From positions 744,710 through 808,709 of the forward strand of contig CBDHCL010000005.1 of assembly GCA_965261275.1 (NCBI GenBank): a stretch of DNA of 64,000 nucleotides, written 5' to 3'. Numbering within the stretch: the first letter of the stretch is position 1; every line of letters begins with the position of its first letter. This DNA comes from an uncultured Pseudohongiella sp. GTDB lineage: Bacteria > Pseudomonadota > Gammaproteobacteria > Pseudomonadales > Pseudohongiellaceae. Made by a program: the position numbers and the translations under genes. Positions 27,236 through 37,741 of the stretch are shown here, piece by piece. The notes under the pieces are model-generated. The model made no database searches. It was not told the DNA's origin and saw nothing but the letters and a program-made list of their open reading frames with translations.

Positions 27236-28624
27236 TGTTAGAACTGATACCCCTGCTATTTTTTCTGCTGGTGTGCCTGGTATTGATGGCAGGGTATCCG
27301 GTTGCTTTATCACTTACCGGCGTGTCTCTGGCATTTGCTGCGGTCGGCTCGCTCGCAGGGATTTTTGATACCGCCTATATCTTTCTAATACCGAATCGAA
27401 TTTACGGCTTGTTGGTAAATCAGAATCTTTTCGCCATTCCGCTTTTTGTCTTTATGGGGACGATGCTGGAGCGAAGTGGAATCGCAGAAGATCTACTAAA
27501 AAATATGGCGATCGTGTTTGGTAAATTTCCCGGTGGCCTCGGTATTTCTGTAATTATCGTTGGCATGTTGCTGGCAGCAAGCACCGGTATCGTCGGCGCA
27601 ACTGTCGTTGCCATGGGCATACTCTCTCTGCCAAGCATGATGAGGGCGGGGTATAAACCATCTCTCGCCTGCGGTACTTTATGTGCTACTGGCACCCTGG
27701 GACAAATAATTCCTCCCTCGATTTGTTTGGTCCTTCTCGGCGAAGTCATTTCGAATGCCTATCAACAGGCACAACTAAATGCCGGTGTGTTCGCGCCGGA
27801 TTTTGTTTCTATTGGTGACCTGTTCGCGGGCGCAATAATTCCAGGGCTGCTTTTAGTGCTTGCCTATGGGGCTTATATGTTTGTTGTTGCCTTGCTGAAA
27901 CCTGAAGCTGCACCACCATTGGCGCAGCAGGATTTGGAGGCGGGTAGTGCCGGTATAGCTGCCAGTATAATAAGCGCATTGCTCAAGGGACTTCTTCCAC
28001 CGGTGCTATTAATGGTGGCGGTGTTGGGGGTCTATTTTGCTTGGCATGGCGACACCAACCGAAGCGGCAAGTGTTGGTGCGGTGGGTGCCACGCTACTTG
28101 CGTTCGCGAAGAGAGGGTCGGGTGTTTCTGTTTTGCAATCGGTTAGCATTGAAACAATGCGCGTTACGTCAATGGTGTATTTGATTCTCGTTGGCGCGAC
28201 GATTTTCTCTTCGGTTTTTAGAGGTTTTGGCGGTGATGTGTTGATTGAGGAGCTGTTAAACGACCTGCCAGGGGCGGTGTTATCGGCTACTCTGGTAGTA
28301 ATGCTGTTAATTTTCGTTCTCGGCTTTATTCTGGATTTTATAGAGATTACCTTTATGGTTGTGCCCCTGGTTGGCCCCATACTGTTAGCAATGGGGCTTG
28401 ATCCAATTTGGTTAGGAGTTATGATTGCGGTGAACTTGCAAACTTCTTTCCTGACGCCGCCGTTTGGTTTTTCTCTGTTCTATTTGCGCAGTGTTGCCCC
28501 GGTTGAGATTAAGACCAGTGATATTTATCGTGGTGTTGTGCCGTTTGTAATCATGCAGCTCATACTTATGCTGTTGTTGGCATTGTGGCCTTCGCTTGCA
28601 ACCTGGCTGCCATCAATACTGTAA
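27235..28624 (+). pseudogene. dctM: TRAP transporter large permease, split by a +1 frameshift in a G5 run
   Basis: ORFs 27235..28146 and 28037..28624 are the N- and C-terminal parts of one DctM. Removing one G from GGGGG (28026-28030) gives the continuous sequence ...MVAVLGSILLGMATPTEAASVGAVG... Confidence 0.8.
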
Positions 28625-28683
28625 AAGGCGGCAAACACAATTCGACCAGGCTCGATTATGAAAGTAACTAAAGGAAGAACTGA

Positions 28684-29082
28684 ATGAACACATCAGAGCC
28701 TGAGACATCAAGCCCTATCGGCGAGCTGGCATTACAAACATTGGCCATGCCAAGAGATACTAATGCTAACGGCGATATTTTCGGAGGCTGGCTGGTTTCG
28801 CAAATGGACCTGGCCGCAGGCATAGCCAGCAAGAAAGCCAGCCGCGGTCGCTCAGCGACAGTGGCCATAAAAAATGTGCATTTTATTAGTCCTGTTAAAG
28901 TAGGCGCGATGGTTAGCTGTTATACGCAGCTAATTAAAACCGGGCGAACTTCCGTGCAGATTAGTGTGGAAGTTTGGACCTCTATCTTTAGCATCGAAGA
29001 CAAGCCGATGAAAGTGTCGGAAGGGCTGTTTGTTTTTGTGGCAATCGATGACAAGGGCAAGCCCAGACCAATCCTTAAATAA
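28684..29082 (+). CDS. yciA: acyl-CoA thioesterase, YciA-like (hotdog fold)
   Basis: LQTLAMPRDTNANGDIFGGWLVSQMDLAAG motif. Confidence 0.85.
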   Translation: MNTSEPETSSPIGELALQTLAMPRDTNANGDIFGGWLVSQMDLAAGIASKKASRGRSATVAIKNVHFISPVKVGAMVSCYTQLIKTGRTSVQISVEVWTSIFSIEDKPMKVSEGLFVFVAIDDKGKPRPILK

Positions 29083-29092
29083 GCTGGCAGGG

Positions 29093-30232
29093 CTAATTTC
29101 GCGGCAGTTTGCGAGCCTCTACATAGGCATCCTCTGCAATGCTGTGATAATTTTCAACGCCTTCCTGAAAATTTCTGTAGGACTCATGGATTCGACGCGT
29201 CACTTCATCTGACTCGGCCAGTTCGCTGACTACCTGTTCGGAAATTTCTCGAAGTTCAAGCAGCACATCGTCCGGCAGTTTTCGTAATTCAACGCCGTGA
29301 TCTTCTACCAGCAGCCGCAGAGCCTCGTTATTTTTCGCCGTCAATTCATCCAGTAATCGCTGATTCATGACTTCGGTACCTGCCTTCAAAATTTCTTGCA
29401 AATCTTCTGGTAATGCTTCAAACGCCGTCTTGTTGAAGAGTGTTTCAAGTGTTGAGCCAGGCTCATGCCAGCCTGGGTAGTAATAGTAATCCGCAACGGT
29501 GTGGTAACCCGCCGCCATATCGTTAAAAGGGCTGACAAATTCGGTTGCGTCTAATGCGCCAGTTTGCATGGCGGTAAATACTTCACTTACCTGCATGGTT
29601 ACTGCTGTTCCACCTGCCCGACGAAACACTTCACCGCCTAGCCCTGGAATTCTCATTTTTAGACCCTGCAGGTCCGCAAGTGAGTTTATTTCTTTATTAA
29701 ACCAGCCAAACATTTGCGTGCCGGAATTTCCGCCGCGCATGGGCAGTAAATTAAAGGGAGCATAAATCTCCTGCCATAGTTCATTGCCGCCGCCGTAACT
29801 AAGCCAGGCATTCATTTCCATTCCGGTTAAGCCAAAGGGGATTGTGGAAAAGAACGGGCTGCCAGCTATTTTGCCCTGCCAATAATAAGCACTGGTGTGA
29901 CCAATTTCAGCGACGCCCTGAGACACGGCATCAAATACTTCCAGCCCCCCAACCAATTCGTTAGCGCCGAACACGCGAATTTGCATGCGCCCATTACTCA
30001 TCTTCTCGACGATGTCAGCAAAATATTCCGGCGAAGTTCCCAGCGCTGGCAAGTTCTTTGGCCAGGAAGTGATTAACTTCCACTGGTAAACGGTTTGATC
30101 ATTGTTGGCTGTGTTGTCCCGGGAGGCAGAGTCATTTGATTGTACCGGGCCACCGCAGGCTACCAGGGTGGACAGCGAGAAAATTAAAAAGAGATTTCTT
30201 CGCCTTACGTTCAATGTGTTCTTGCACTGCAT
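29093..30232 (-). CDS. dctP: TRAP transporter substrate-binding protein (DctP family)
   Basis: Lipoprotein-like signal (LSTLVACGG). WKLITSWPKNLPALGT...HTSAYYWQGK pattern of DctP-type receptors. Confidence 0.8.
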   Translation of the reverse strand: MQCKNTLNVRRRNLFLIFSLSTLVACGGPVQSNDSASRDNTANNDQTVYQWKLITSWPKNLPALGTSPEYFADIVEKMSNGRMQIRVFGANELVGGLEVFDAVSQGVAEIGHTSAYYWQGKIAGSPFFSTIPFGLTGMEMNAWLSYGGGNELWQEIYAPFNLLPMRGGNSGTQMFGWFNKEINSLADLQGLKMRIPGLGGEVFRRAGGTAVTMQVSEVFTAMQTGALDATEFVSPFNDMAAGYHTVADYYYYPGWHEPGSTLETLFNKTAFEALPEDLQEILKAGTEVMNQRLLDELTAKNNEALRLLVEDHGVELRKLPDDVLLELREISEQVVSELAESDEVTRRIHESYRNFQEGVENYHSIAEDAYVEARKLPRN

Positions 30233-30278
30233 GATGTTTAGTCTCTGCTCAGCTTATTGCCTGTTTTCGCCTGATTAG

Positions 30279-32486
30279 CTACGCCAATACTTCAAGTTTG
30301 GCGTAGGACAGTACTAACCATTTGCTGCCTGCCGCATCGAAGTTTACCTGAACGCGAGCGTTTGCGCCCTGGCCTTCGTAATTGAGTACCACGCCTTCGC
30401 CAAATTTCCCGTGAGCCACGCGTTGACCCAGCGAAAGTTCTGTTTGTGGCACTTCGATATTGCCATTGAATTTATGGCTCTGATTATTCCGAATTCGAGT
30501 GTTTCCAAAAGAAGGACGACTTAGCGCAGACTTCATGCGAATTTCGTCCAGAAGCTGCCCGGGAATTTCATTAATAAAGCGGGAAGGGCGACATAGATTC
30601 ACATCGCCATGAAGTCGTCGAGATTCGGCATGGCTGAAATAGAGTTTTGATTTTGCCCGGGTGATGCCTACATAGCAGAGTCGCCTCTCTTCTTCCAGGC
30701 TGGCTATATTATCCATAGACATTTTGTGGGGAAATAGCCCTTCTTCCATGCCGGTAAGAAAAACGAGTGGAAATTCCAGCCCTTTGGCCGAGTGTAGTGT
30801 CATCAATTGAACAGCATCATCTGCTTCATCCGCCTGGGTCTCACCGGCATCCAGTGCTGCCTGGTCGAGGAAGGCAGATAAAAAGGCGGTAGACTTGAGA
30901 TCAAAATCTCCATCGATTTCAGAGTCGTCGAAATTACTGGCGGCGGTGACTAGTTCTTCGAGGTTCTCGATTCTTGCGCCTGCCTTTTCTCCGCCTTCTT
31001 TTTCATGATGCTGAATTAGACCGGTGTGCGTGATGATGTACTCCGCTTTTTGCGCTAATTCCAGCTCATCGCAGGCGCTTTGCAAATTGTCGATCAGTTG
31101 CAGGAAAGTGAGCACTGCCTTCGATGCCCTGGAGGTCATTAGAGACGCATTCACACATTTAGCACCGGCCTGCCACAGGGAACAGTTTTCGCTTCTTGCC
31201 AAAGTCCGTATTTGTTCTACCGTGCGGCCGCCGATGCCTCTGGTCGGCACGTTGATTACTCTTTCTACAGCGGTGTCATCGTCTCTGTTGACGATTAACC
31301 TCAGGTAAGCCAGTGCATTTTTTATTTCAAGACGTTCGTAAAATCGTTGGCCGCCGTAAATGCGGTAGGGCATTCCCATTCGCAACAGGGCGTCTTCAAG
31401 TTCCCGCGATTGTGCATTGGAGCGATAAAGAATGGCGGCGTCCGAGCGCCGGTTTCCATTGTTGAACCAGTCTTGAACGCGGTCGACAATGAAGCGAGCC
31501 TCGTCTTGCTCGTTAAGAGCCTCATAGAGGCTGATCTGTTCGCCTTCTTCACCTTCGGTCCAGAGATTTTTGCCCAGTCGACTTTTGTTGTTGGCGATCA
31601 GTTTATTTGCGGCTTTCAGTATCGTTGAGCTTGAGCGATAGTTTTGTTCCAGTCGAACTGTATCAGCATCGATGAAGTCCATGTTGAATTGCTGGATGTT
31701 CTCGATTTTTGCACCGCGCCAACCGTAGATGGACTGATCGTCATCGCCAACAACCATGATTTGGTTCTGAGTGCCGGCTAAAACTCGTAACCAGGCATAC
31801 TGAATCGCGTTGGTGTCCTGAAACTCATCCACCAGAATGTGTTGAAAACGTCTTTGGTAGTGCTGGAGTAGCTGCGGGTTCTTCAGCCAAAGCTCGTGCG
31901 CTCTAAGCAGAATTTCACCAAAATCTATCATTCCACCACGAGCGCAGGCCTGTTCGTAGGCTTTGTACACGTCGAGCATGGTTTTGGTGTAATCATCTTC
32001 GAAATGATCGATATTGACAGAGCGCAGTCCTTCGTCTTTTTGTGAGTTGATATACCACTGGCAATGTTTTGCCGACCATTTGTCTTCGTCTATTTGCAGG
32101 GAACGATTGATACGCTTTATAAGGCGAAGTTGATCATCGCTGTCCAGTATATGGAAGTCTTCCACCAAACCCGCCTCCTGCCAATGCGACCTCAATAGTC
32201 GATGAGCCAAACCATGAAAGGTACCGACCCACATTCCGGCAAAGCTGTGACTCATCAACGACTCGATACGGCCACGCATCTCGCGTGCTGCCTTATTGGT
32301 AAAAGTAACCGCGAGAATAGAAAAGGGGGAGGCATGTTCCGCCTCCAGCAACCAGGCAATTCTATGTACCAGCACTCGCGTCTTTCCGCTGCCGGCACCC
32401 GCAAGCACCAATAAGTGTTGCGCCGGGTTAGCTACGGCGTTGCGTTGCTCGTCGTTGAGGGAATTGAGTAGGTGGGAGACATCCAT
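30279..32486 (-). CDS. uvrD: DNA helicase II
   Basis: LNDEQRNAV..LVLAGAGSGKTRVL, ILVDEFQDTN, and a C-terminal UvrD tail with Tudor-like end. Confidence 0.9.
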   Translation of the reverse strand: MDVSHLLNSLNDEQRNAVANPAQHLLVLAGAGSGKTRVLVHRIAWLLEAEHASPFSILAVTFTNKAAREMRGRIESLMSHSFAGMWVGTFHGLAHRLLRSHWQEAGLVEDFHILDSDDQLRLIKRINRSLQIDEDKWSAKHCQWYINSQKDEGLRSVNIDHFEDDYTKTMLDVYKAYEQACARGGMIDFGEILLRAHELWLKNPQLLQHYQRRFQHILVDEFQDTNAIQYAWLRVLAGTQNQIMVVGDDDQSIYGWRGAKIENIQQFNMDFIDADTVRLEQNYRSSSTILKAANKLIANNKSRLGKNLWTEGEEGEQISLYEALNEQDEARFIVDRVQDWFNNGNRRSDAAILYRSNAQSRELEDALLRMGMPYRIYGGQRFYERLEIKNALAYLRLIVNRDDDTAVERVINVPTRGIGGRTVEQIRTLARSENCSLWQAGAKCVNASLMTSRASKAVLTFLQLIDNLQSACDELELAQKAEYIITHTGLIQHHEKEGGEKAGARIENLEELVTAASNFDDSEIDGDFDLKSTAFLSAFLDQAALDAGETQADEADDAVQLMTLHSAKGLEFPLVFLTGMEEGLFPHKMSMDNIASLEEERRLCYVGITRAKSKLYFSHAESRRLHGDVNLCRPSRFINEIPGQLLDEIRMKSALSRPSFGNTRIRNNQSHKFNGNIEVPQTELSLGQRVAHGKFGEGVVLNYEGQGANARVQVNFDAAGSKWLVLSYAKLEVLA

Positions 32487-32733
32487 GGCGCGCTATTCTA
32501 GCAAAATGTCAGACAGATTCTTCGCTTTATCTGTGCAATATCAGTTTCTGGCGAGATTGACACAGGCCAGGCTTAGAGAAAAACCATGAAGTTTGTTAAA
32601 CTGGCGCGCCTGCATCGGGCTTGCGGCAGTGACGCAATTCAGTAACACGGTAAGCCAGCAACCTTTTTCAAGGCGAATATGACCGGGACAGTTTCCGCGA
32701 CGGGAGCTAACCGGGCTAATTTAGGAGAAAGCC

Positions 32734-33924
32734 ATGTCTGTCAAATCGAACACTGTGCCATTTAATTGGCAAGATCCATTTATGCTGGAACAGCAGTTAT
32801 CGGAAGAAGAGCGCCTGGTTCGCGATAGCACCAAAAAATACGCACAGGAGAAATTGCTGCCTCGCGTCCGGGATGCGTATCAGAAAGAAGAAACTGATCC
32901 AGAGATTTTTCGTGAAATGGGCGCCCTGGGTCTGCTCGGATCCACGATACAGGGCTATGGCTGTGCCGGCATGAACTACGTCTGCTATGGCTTGGCAGCA
33001 CGCGAGATTGAGGCTGTGGATTCTGGCTATCGCTCCATGATGAGTGTGCAGTCCAGCCTGGTCATGCACCCAATTAACAACTTCGGCTCGGCACAGCAGA
33101 AACAAAAATATTTGCCGAAACTGGCCAGCGGTGACTACATAGGCTGTTTCGGTCTAACCGAGCCGGATCATGGCTCTGATCCGGGCAGCATGATCACCAG
33201 GGCGAAGTCGGTTGACGGTGGCTACCGCATGACTGGTGCAAAAAACTGGATCAGTAACTCACCCATTTCAGATGTGTTCATCGTGTGGGCAAAAGACGAT
33301 TCAGGCACGATTTGTGGTTTCATTCTCGATAAGGGCATGCAAGGACTGAGCGCGCCAAAGATTGAAGGGAAACTGGCACTAAGAGCATCAATTACTGGCG
33401 AGATCGTAATGGATGAGGTGTTTGTTCCAGAACAAAATAAACTGCCTCATGCCAAAGGTCTGGCGGGTCCGTTTAGTTGTTTGAATTCCGCTCGACTCGG
33501 CATTGCCTGGGGGGCACTTGGTGCCGCAGAAACTTGCTGGCACACGGCATTGCAATACACCCTGGATAGAAAACAGTTCGGGCGACCGTTGGCATCCAGT
33601 CAGTTGATCCAAAAGAAGCTGGCTATCATGCAAACCGATATTTCACTCGGTCTGCAAGGTTGCCTGCAGGCTTGTCGTCTGCGTGACCAAGGCAAATTAG
33701 CTGCACCGCTGATCTCCTTGCTGAAACGTAATTCTTGCTTGAAGGCCCTGGATGCAGCAAGAGAAGCAAGAGACATGCTGGGCGGTAATGGCATCTCCGA
33801 TGAATTTCCAGTCATGCGTCACTGTCAGAACCTTGAAGTAGTAAATACCTATGAGGGTACCCAGGACATACATGCCCTGATACTCGGTAGATCGCAAACC
33901 GGTATCCAGGCCTTTACCCGGTAA
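32734..33924 (+). CDS. gcdH: glutaryl-CoA dehydrogenase
   Basis: [23 protein letters not shown]..., [35 protein letters not shown]. Confidence 0.85.
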   Translation: MSVKSNTVPFNWQDPFMLEQQLSEEERLVRDSTKKYAQEKLLPRVRDAYQKEETDPEIFREMGALGLLGSTIQGYGCAGMNYVCYGLAAREIEAVDSGYRSMMSVQSSLVMHPINNFGSAQQKQKYLPKLASGDYIGCFGLTEPDHGSDPGSMITRAKSVDGGYRMTGAKNWISNSPISDVFIVWAKDDSGTICGFILDKGMQGLSAPKIEGKLALRASITGEIVMDEVFVPEQNKLPHAKGLAGPFSCLNSARLGIAWGALGAAETCWHTALQYTLDRKQFGRPLASSQLIQKKLAIMQTDISLGLQGCLQACRLRDQGKLAAPLISLLKRNSCLKALDAAREARDMLGGNGISDEFPVMRHCQNLEVVNTYEGTQDIHALILGRSQTGIQAFTR

Positions 33925-34025
33925 AGTGTTTATCCCTTAACCGGCCTGGCCCCAATTCAGGGGAATGAGCAGCCGACCCCTGCCCGGGAGGTATAGTATT
34001 CGCAAGCGTTGATTACATACCTGCG

Positions 34026-34940
34026 CTATGGCGTACCAAGAACTACGCCGATAAAAATAACCGCAGCCACCCGGTTATTGTTCAGGAATGCTTCAAAACA
34101 AGGGCCAGGCAAGCGATCCCGTATAAGATATTGTTGATAAACCAGCAAACCGGCCGCAACAAACAACGAAAAAAAATAAAATACTCCCAGTTCAAATTGT
34201 CTCCCGGCTAGACCCATGGCCAGAATAAACAGTATCTGCAAGCCAGCAATAATTATCTTATCGGCATCGCCGAACAATATAGCGGTAGACTTGACCCCTA
34301 TTTCAATATCGAATTCTCTGTCAACCATCGCATATTGCGTGTCATAGGCTACAGTCCAGAGGCAATTCGCAACAAACAACAAGTAGGCAGATTGTGGTAC
34401 TTCTTCTGTCGCTGCGGAGAATGCCATCAGTATCCCCCAGGAAAAAGCCACACCCAAAACTAACTGAGGCAGATGCGTAAATCGTTTCATAAATGGGTAC
34501 ACGGCCACTAGAGCGATAGCCGCAAAAGAAAGCACTATGGTTGCTTGATTAGTCAGCAAAACCAGACCGAAACTCAATAAAGAAAGAAGGGTAAAACACA
34601 GAAGCGCATCCTTGCGGGTCAGCATGCCGGTGGCTAAAGGGCGCTTTTGAGTGCGACCAACCCGGGCATCAATTTTATGATCGGCGAAGTCGTTCACACA
34701 GCAGCCTGCTGAGCGCATCAAGGCTGTGCCCAGCACAAAAATAAACAACAGCGAAAACCCCGGGAAACCTTGTTTCGCAATCCACAAAGCACCTACCGTT
34801 GGCCAGAGAAGAAGATAAATGCCAATGGGTTTATTGGCACGGGTTAATTCAGCCAGGGCTGGCAGCTTTGCATACAGTTCAGGGAACCGGAATCTGAATT
34901 GCGTGACGATTTTGGCCCAAAATGGCCTGCTAGAATTCAT
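34026..34940 (-). CDS. ubiA: 4-hydroxybenzoate polyprenyltransferase
   Basis: NDFADHKIDARVGRTQKRPLATG motif. About 9 TM helices. Confidence 0.9.
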   Translation of the reverse strand: MNSSRPFWAKIVTQFRFRFPELYAKLPALAELTRANKPIGIYLLLWPTVGALWIAKQGFPGFSLLFIFVLGTALMRSAGCCVNDFADHKIDARVGRTQKRPLATGMLTRKDALLCFTLLSLLSFGLVLLTNQATIVLSFAAIALVAVYPFMKRFTHLPQLVLGVAFSWGILMAFSAATEEVPQSAYLLFVANCLWTVAYDTQYAMVDREFDIEIGVKSTAILFGDADKIIIAGLQILFILAMGLAGRQFELGVFYFFSLFVAAGLLVYQQYLIRDRLPGPCFEAFLNNNRVAAVIFIGVVLGTP

Positions 34941-35071
34941 GAGAGGGAAGTACCAGATGCCCGGTAGCTAACGGCGTGACGTTAGCATAAAAGACTTTCC
35001 GCCGAGAGTAAAAACTGATTGCGTGAAATCGGACTCGTGGAGAGACGCTTGAGACAGACCGGAACCAGGAT

Positions 35072-37189
35072 CTACACATTCGCATAGTTGATATCGTCCC
35101 CCAACCAGCGCTGTATCAGTGGATCGATAATCTCAGGGTATTTTTCCAGTATTATTTCGGACGCATCACGCACCTGGTCCAGCAGTCCGGTATCGCGACT
35201 AATATCAGCAACTCTGAAACTCATCAGCCCGGTTTGCTGTGTGCCTAATACCTGCCCCGGCCCTCTGAGTTCCAGGTCTTTCTCGGCGATGTAAAAGCCA
35301 TCGTTGCTCTCTCGCAGTACCGACAGTCGCTGCCTGGCGGCCTCTGACAACGGTGTTTGATAGAGCAAAATGCAATGACTGTGTGTGGCTCCACGACCCA
35401 CCCGGCCGCGTAGCTGGTGGAGTTGGGCCAGTCCCAGCCGTTCCGGGTTTTCAATCACCATGAGGCTGGCATCAGGCACATCGACACCTACCTCGATAAC
35501 AGTTGTTGCTACCAGTAATTGCAGATGACCTTGTTTGAATTGCTGCATGATTTCCGCTTTCTCTGCGGGTTTCATGCGGCCATGAATGAGCCCAACCTTT
35601 ATCCCGGGCAATTGTGTTGCTAGCTGTTGCGCCGTCACTTCTGCCGCCTGGCATTGAACAGCTTCGGATTCTTCGATTAGCGTACAAACCCAGTAAGCCT
35701 GATTGTTTGCGTTACAGGCCAGTTCAATTCTCTCCATTACCTGCAGGCGACGGTCGCTGGATATTATGGCCGTGTTCACCGGGAGGCGACCGGGAGGCAG
35801 TTCATCAATAATTGAGCTGTCCAGGTCCGCATAGGCACTCATCGCCAATGTGCGTGGAATCGGTGTAGCCGTCATCACCAATTGGTGTGGATCAAGCTGC
35901 CATTTATTGCCTTTTTCTCTTAATGCCAGCCTTTGATGAACGCCGAACCGGTGCTGCTCATCAATAATGATTAGCCCCAGGTTTCGGTACTCGACTTCAT
36001 CTTGAAACAGCGCATGGGTTCCAACCAGTAACTGGCATTTACCATTGGCAACAGAAGCAAGTTGTTCGGCTCTGGCTTTACCCTTGGTGTTGCTACTTAA
36101 CCAGCCCACCTGGATGCCCAGCGTTTCAAACCATTGGCAGAAATTGGTGTAGTGTTGCTCGGCGAGTAACTCGGTGGGTGCCATTAGTGCAACTTGATGG
36201 CCGTCTGCAATCCCGTGTAATGCCGACAAGGCGGCGACCACTGTTTTGCCGGAGCCTACATCACCTTGAAGCAATCTAAGCATGGGGCAGGCTCTTGCCA
36301 GATCCCTGGCAATTTCTTGATAGACTCGTTGTTGTCCCTTAGTCAATGAGAAAGGCAGTTGCTTTAGAAACTTCTTGCCGAGATTTGGCGCAGTGCCAAA
36401 GCGTGGTGCAGCCTGCTGCTCAGCACTGGTTTTGAAGCGGCGCATACATAGGCGATGCGCCAGCAATTCTTCAAAAGCCAGGCGATGCTGACCTGGATTT
36501 TCCCCTTCGTCTAACCAGCCTTGAGGCGCTTTGATCGGTGGTCGATGAATGAGTTTTATAGCAGCTACCAAAGAAAGTAACTTGAATTGGCTGACCAGTT
36601 CGTCGGGTAGAATTTCTTCCAGGGAAGCCCTGGTTTGCAAGGCAGCGCCAGGTTTGGGTTGCAGATAAGCAAGCGCTTGAGCGGCAATACTGCGTAGTCT
36701 CGCCTGGCCCAGCCCTTCCGTTGTTGGATAGATTGAAGTGAGGCAGTCATCAACCACAATGTCTTCATCTTCACGCACCACGCGGTATTCGGGGTGGAAC
36801 ATTTCCAGGCCAGACCGGCCATGGCGAACCTCTCCGTAGCAGCGAATCTGAGTGCCGGTAGCGAGTGAATTTTTCTGTGCGTTGCTGAAGTGGAAGAAGC
36901 GCAGAGAGATAAAGCCGCTACTGTCCCTGACGCTACATTTTAGGCTGCGGCGGCGGCCAAACTGAATGTCCGTACTGAGTACCTCGCCCTGTATCTGCAC
37001 GGTATCCCCCGCGTTTATGGAGCCGATCGGAGCCAGGCGGGTTCTATCCTCGTAGCGTAGCGGAAGATGGAATAACACGTCTTGTAAACTGTAAATGCCA
37101 ATAACGGCTAACTTTCTTTCAAGCGCAGAGCCGACCCCTTTCAGGCAGCTAACGGGGATTTTGTCTAGTTGTTGGCCAGCGGCAGTCAC
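35072..37189 (-). CDS. recG: ATP-dependent DNA helicase RecG
   Basis: GDVGSGKT, DEQHRFG, wedge domain N-terminus, QLRGRVGRG. Confidence 0.95.
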   Translation of the reverse strand: MTAAGQQLDKIPVSCLKGVGSALERKLAVIGIYSLQDVLFHLPLRYEDRTRLAPIGSINAGDTVQIQGEVLSTDIQFGRRRSLKCSVRDSSGFISLRFFHFSNAQKNSLATGTQIRCYGEVRHGRSGLEMFHPEYRVVREDEDIVVDDCLTSIYPTTEGLGQARLRSIAAQALAYLQPKPGAALQTRASLEEILPDELVSQFKLLSLVAAIKLIHRPPIKAPQGWLDEGENPGQHRLAFEELLAHRLCMRRFKTSAEQQAAPRFGTAPNLGKKFLKQLPFSLTKGQQRVYQEIARDLARACPMLRLLQGDVGSGKTVVAALSALHGIADGHQVALMAPTELLAEQHYTNFCQWFETLGIQVGWLSSNTKGKARAEQLASVANGKCQLLVGTHALFQDEVEYRNLGLIIIDEQHRFGVHQRLALREKGNKWQLDPHQLVMTATPIPRTLAMSAYADLDSSIIDELPPGRLPVNTAIISSDRRLQVMERIELACNANNQAYWVCTLIEESEAVQCQAAEVTAQQLATQLPGIKVGLIHGRMKPAEKAEIMQQFKQGHLQLLVATTVIEVGVDVPDASLMVIENPERLGLAQLHQLRGRVGRGATHSHCILLYQTPLSEAARQRLSVLRESNDGFYIAEKDLELRGPGQVLGTQQTGLMSFRVADISRDTGLLDQVRDASEIILEKYPEIIDPLIQRWLGDDINYANV

Positions 37190-37310
37190 AAACTAAAAGA
37201 GCCTGGTTGTAGAACAGTGTACCAGTATAGGCTGATAAGCAATTGTTTGGATAGAAAGGGCTTTACGCAGAAGCCTGTTCCATCCACCGATTAGTCAGGT
37301 AGCCCTGCTT

Positions 37311-37715
37311 TTATACAGTACTGTCATCTTCTTGCATTGCAAGCACTGCGTCGATCTCAACGCAAGAACCCTTGGGCAGGGCGCTCACTTGAACGGTGGC
37401 ACGGGCGGGATAGGGCTTAGAGAAATATTCCGCCATGATGCCATTCACTACAGCAAAGTCGCCCAAATCGGTGACATATATTGTTAGCTTGACGGCGTCT
37501 TTTAAGCGGCCACCGGCCGCTTCTGCCACGGCTATCAGGTTTTTAAACACTTGATGGGTTTGCTCCGCAACACCACCGGCAACCAGATCCATGGAATCAG
37601 GGTGCAGGGGAATCTGGCCCGAAAGAAACACCAGTGAACCGGTCTTTATCGCCTGAGAATAAGGGCCGATTGCTTTTGGTGCCGAGGCTGAATGAACCTG
37701 TTCTGGTTTTGTCAT
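37311..37715 (-). CDS. ridA: RidA family protein
   Basis: APKAIGPYSQAI...GQIP...ARATVQVSALPKGSCVEID pattern. Confidence 0.85.
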   Translation of the reverse strand: MTKPEQVHSASAPKAIGPYSQAIKTGSLVFLSGQIPLHPDSMDLVAGGVAEQTHQVFKNLIAVAEAAGGRLKDAVKLTIYVTDLGDFAVVNGIMAEYFSKPYPARATVQVSALPKGSCVEIDAVLAMQEDDSTV

Positions 37716-37741
37716 GACTGAGTGATCCTTACCTGGTTTTA

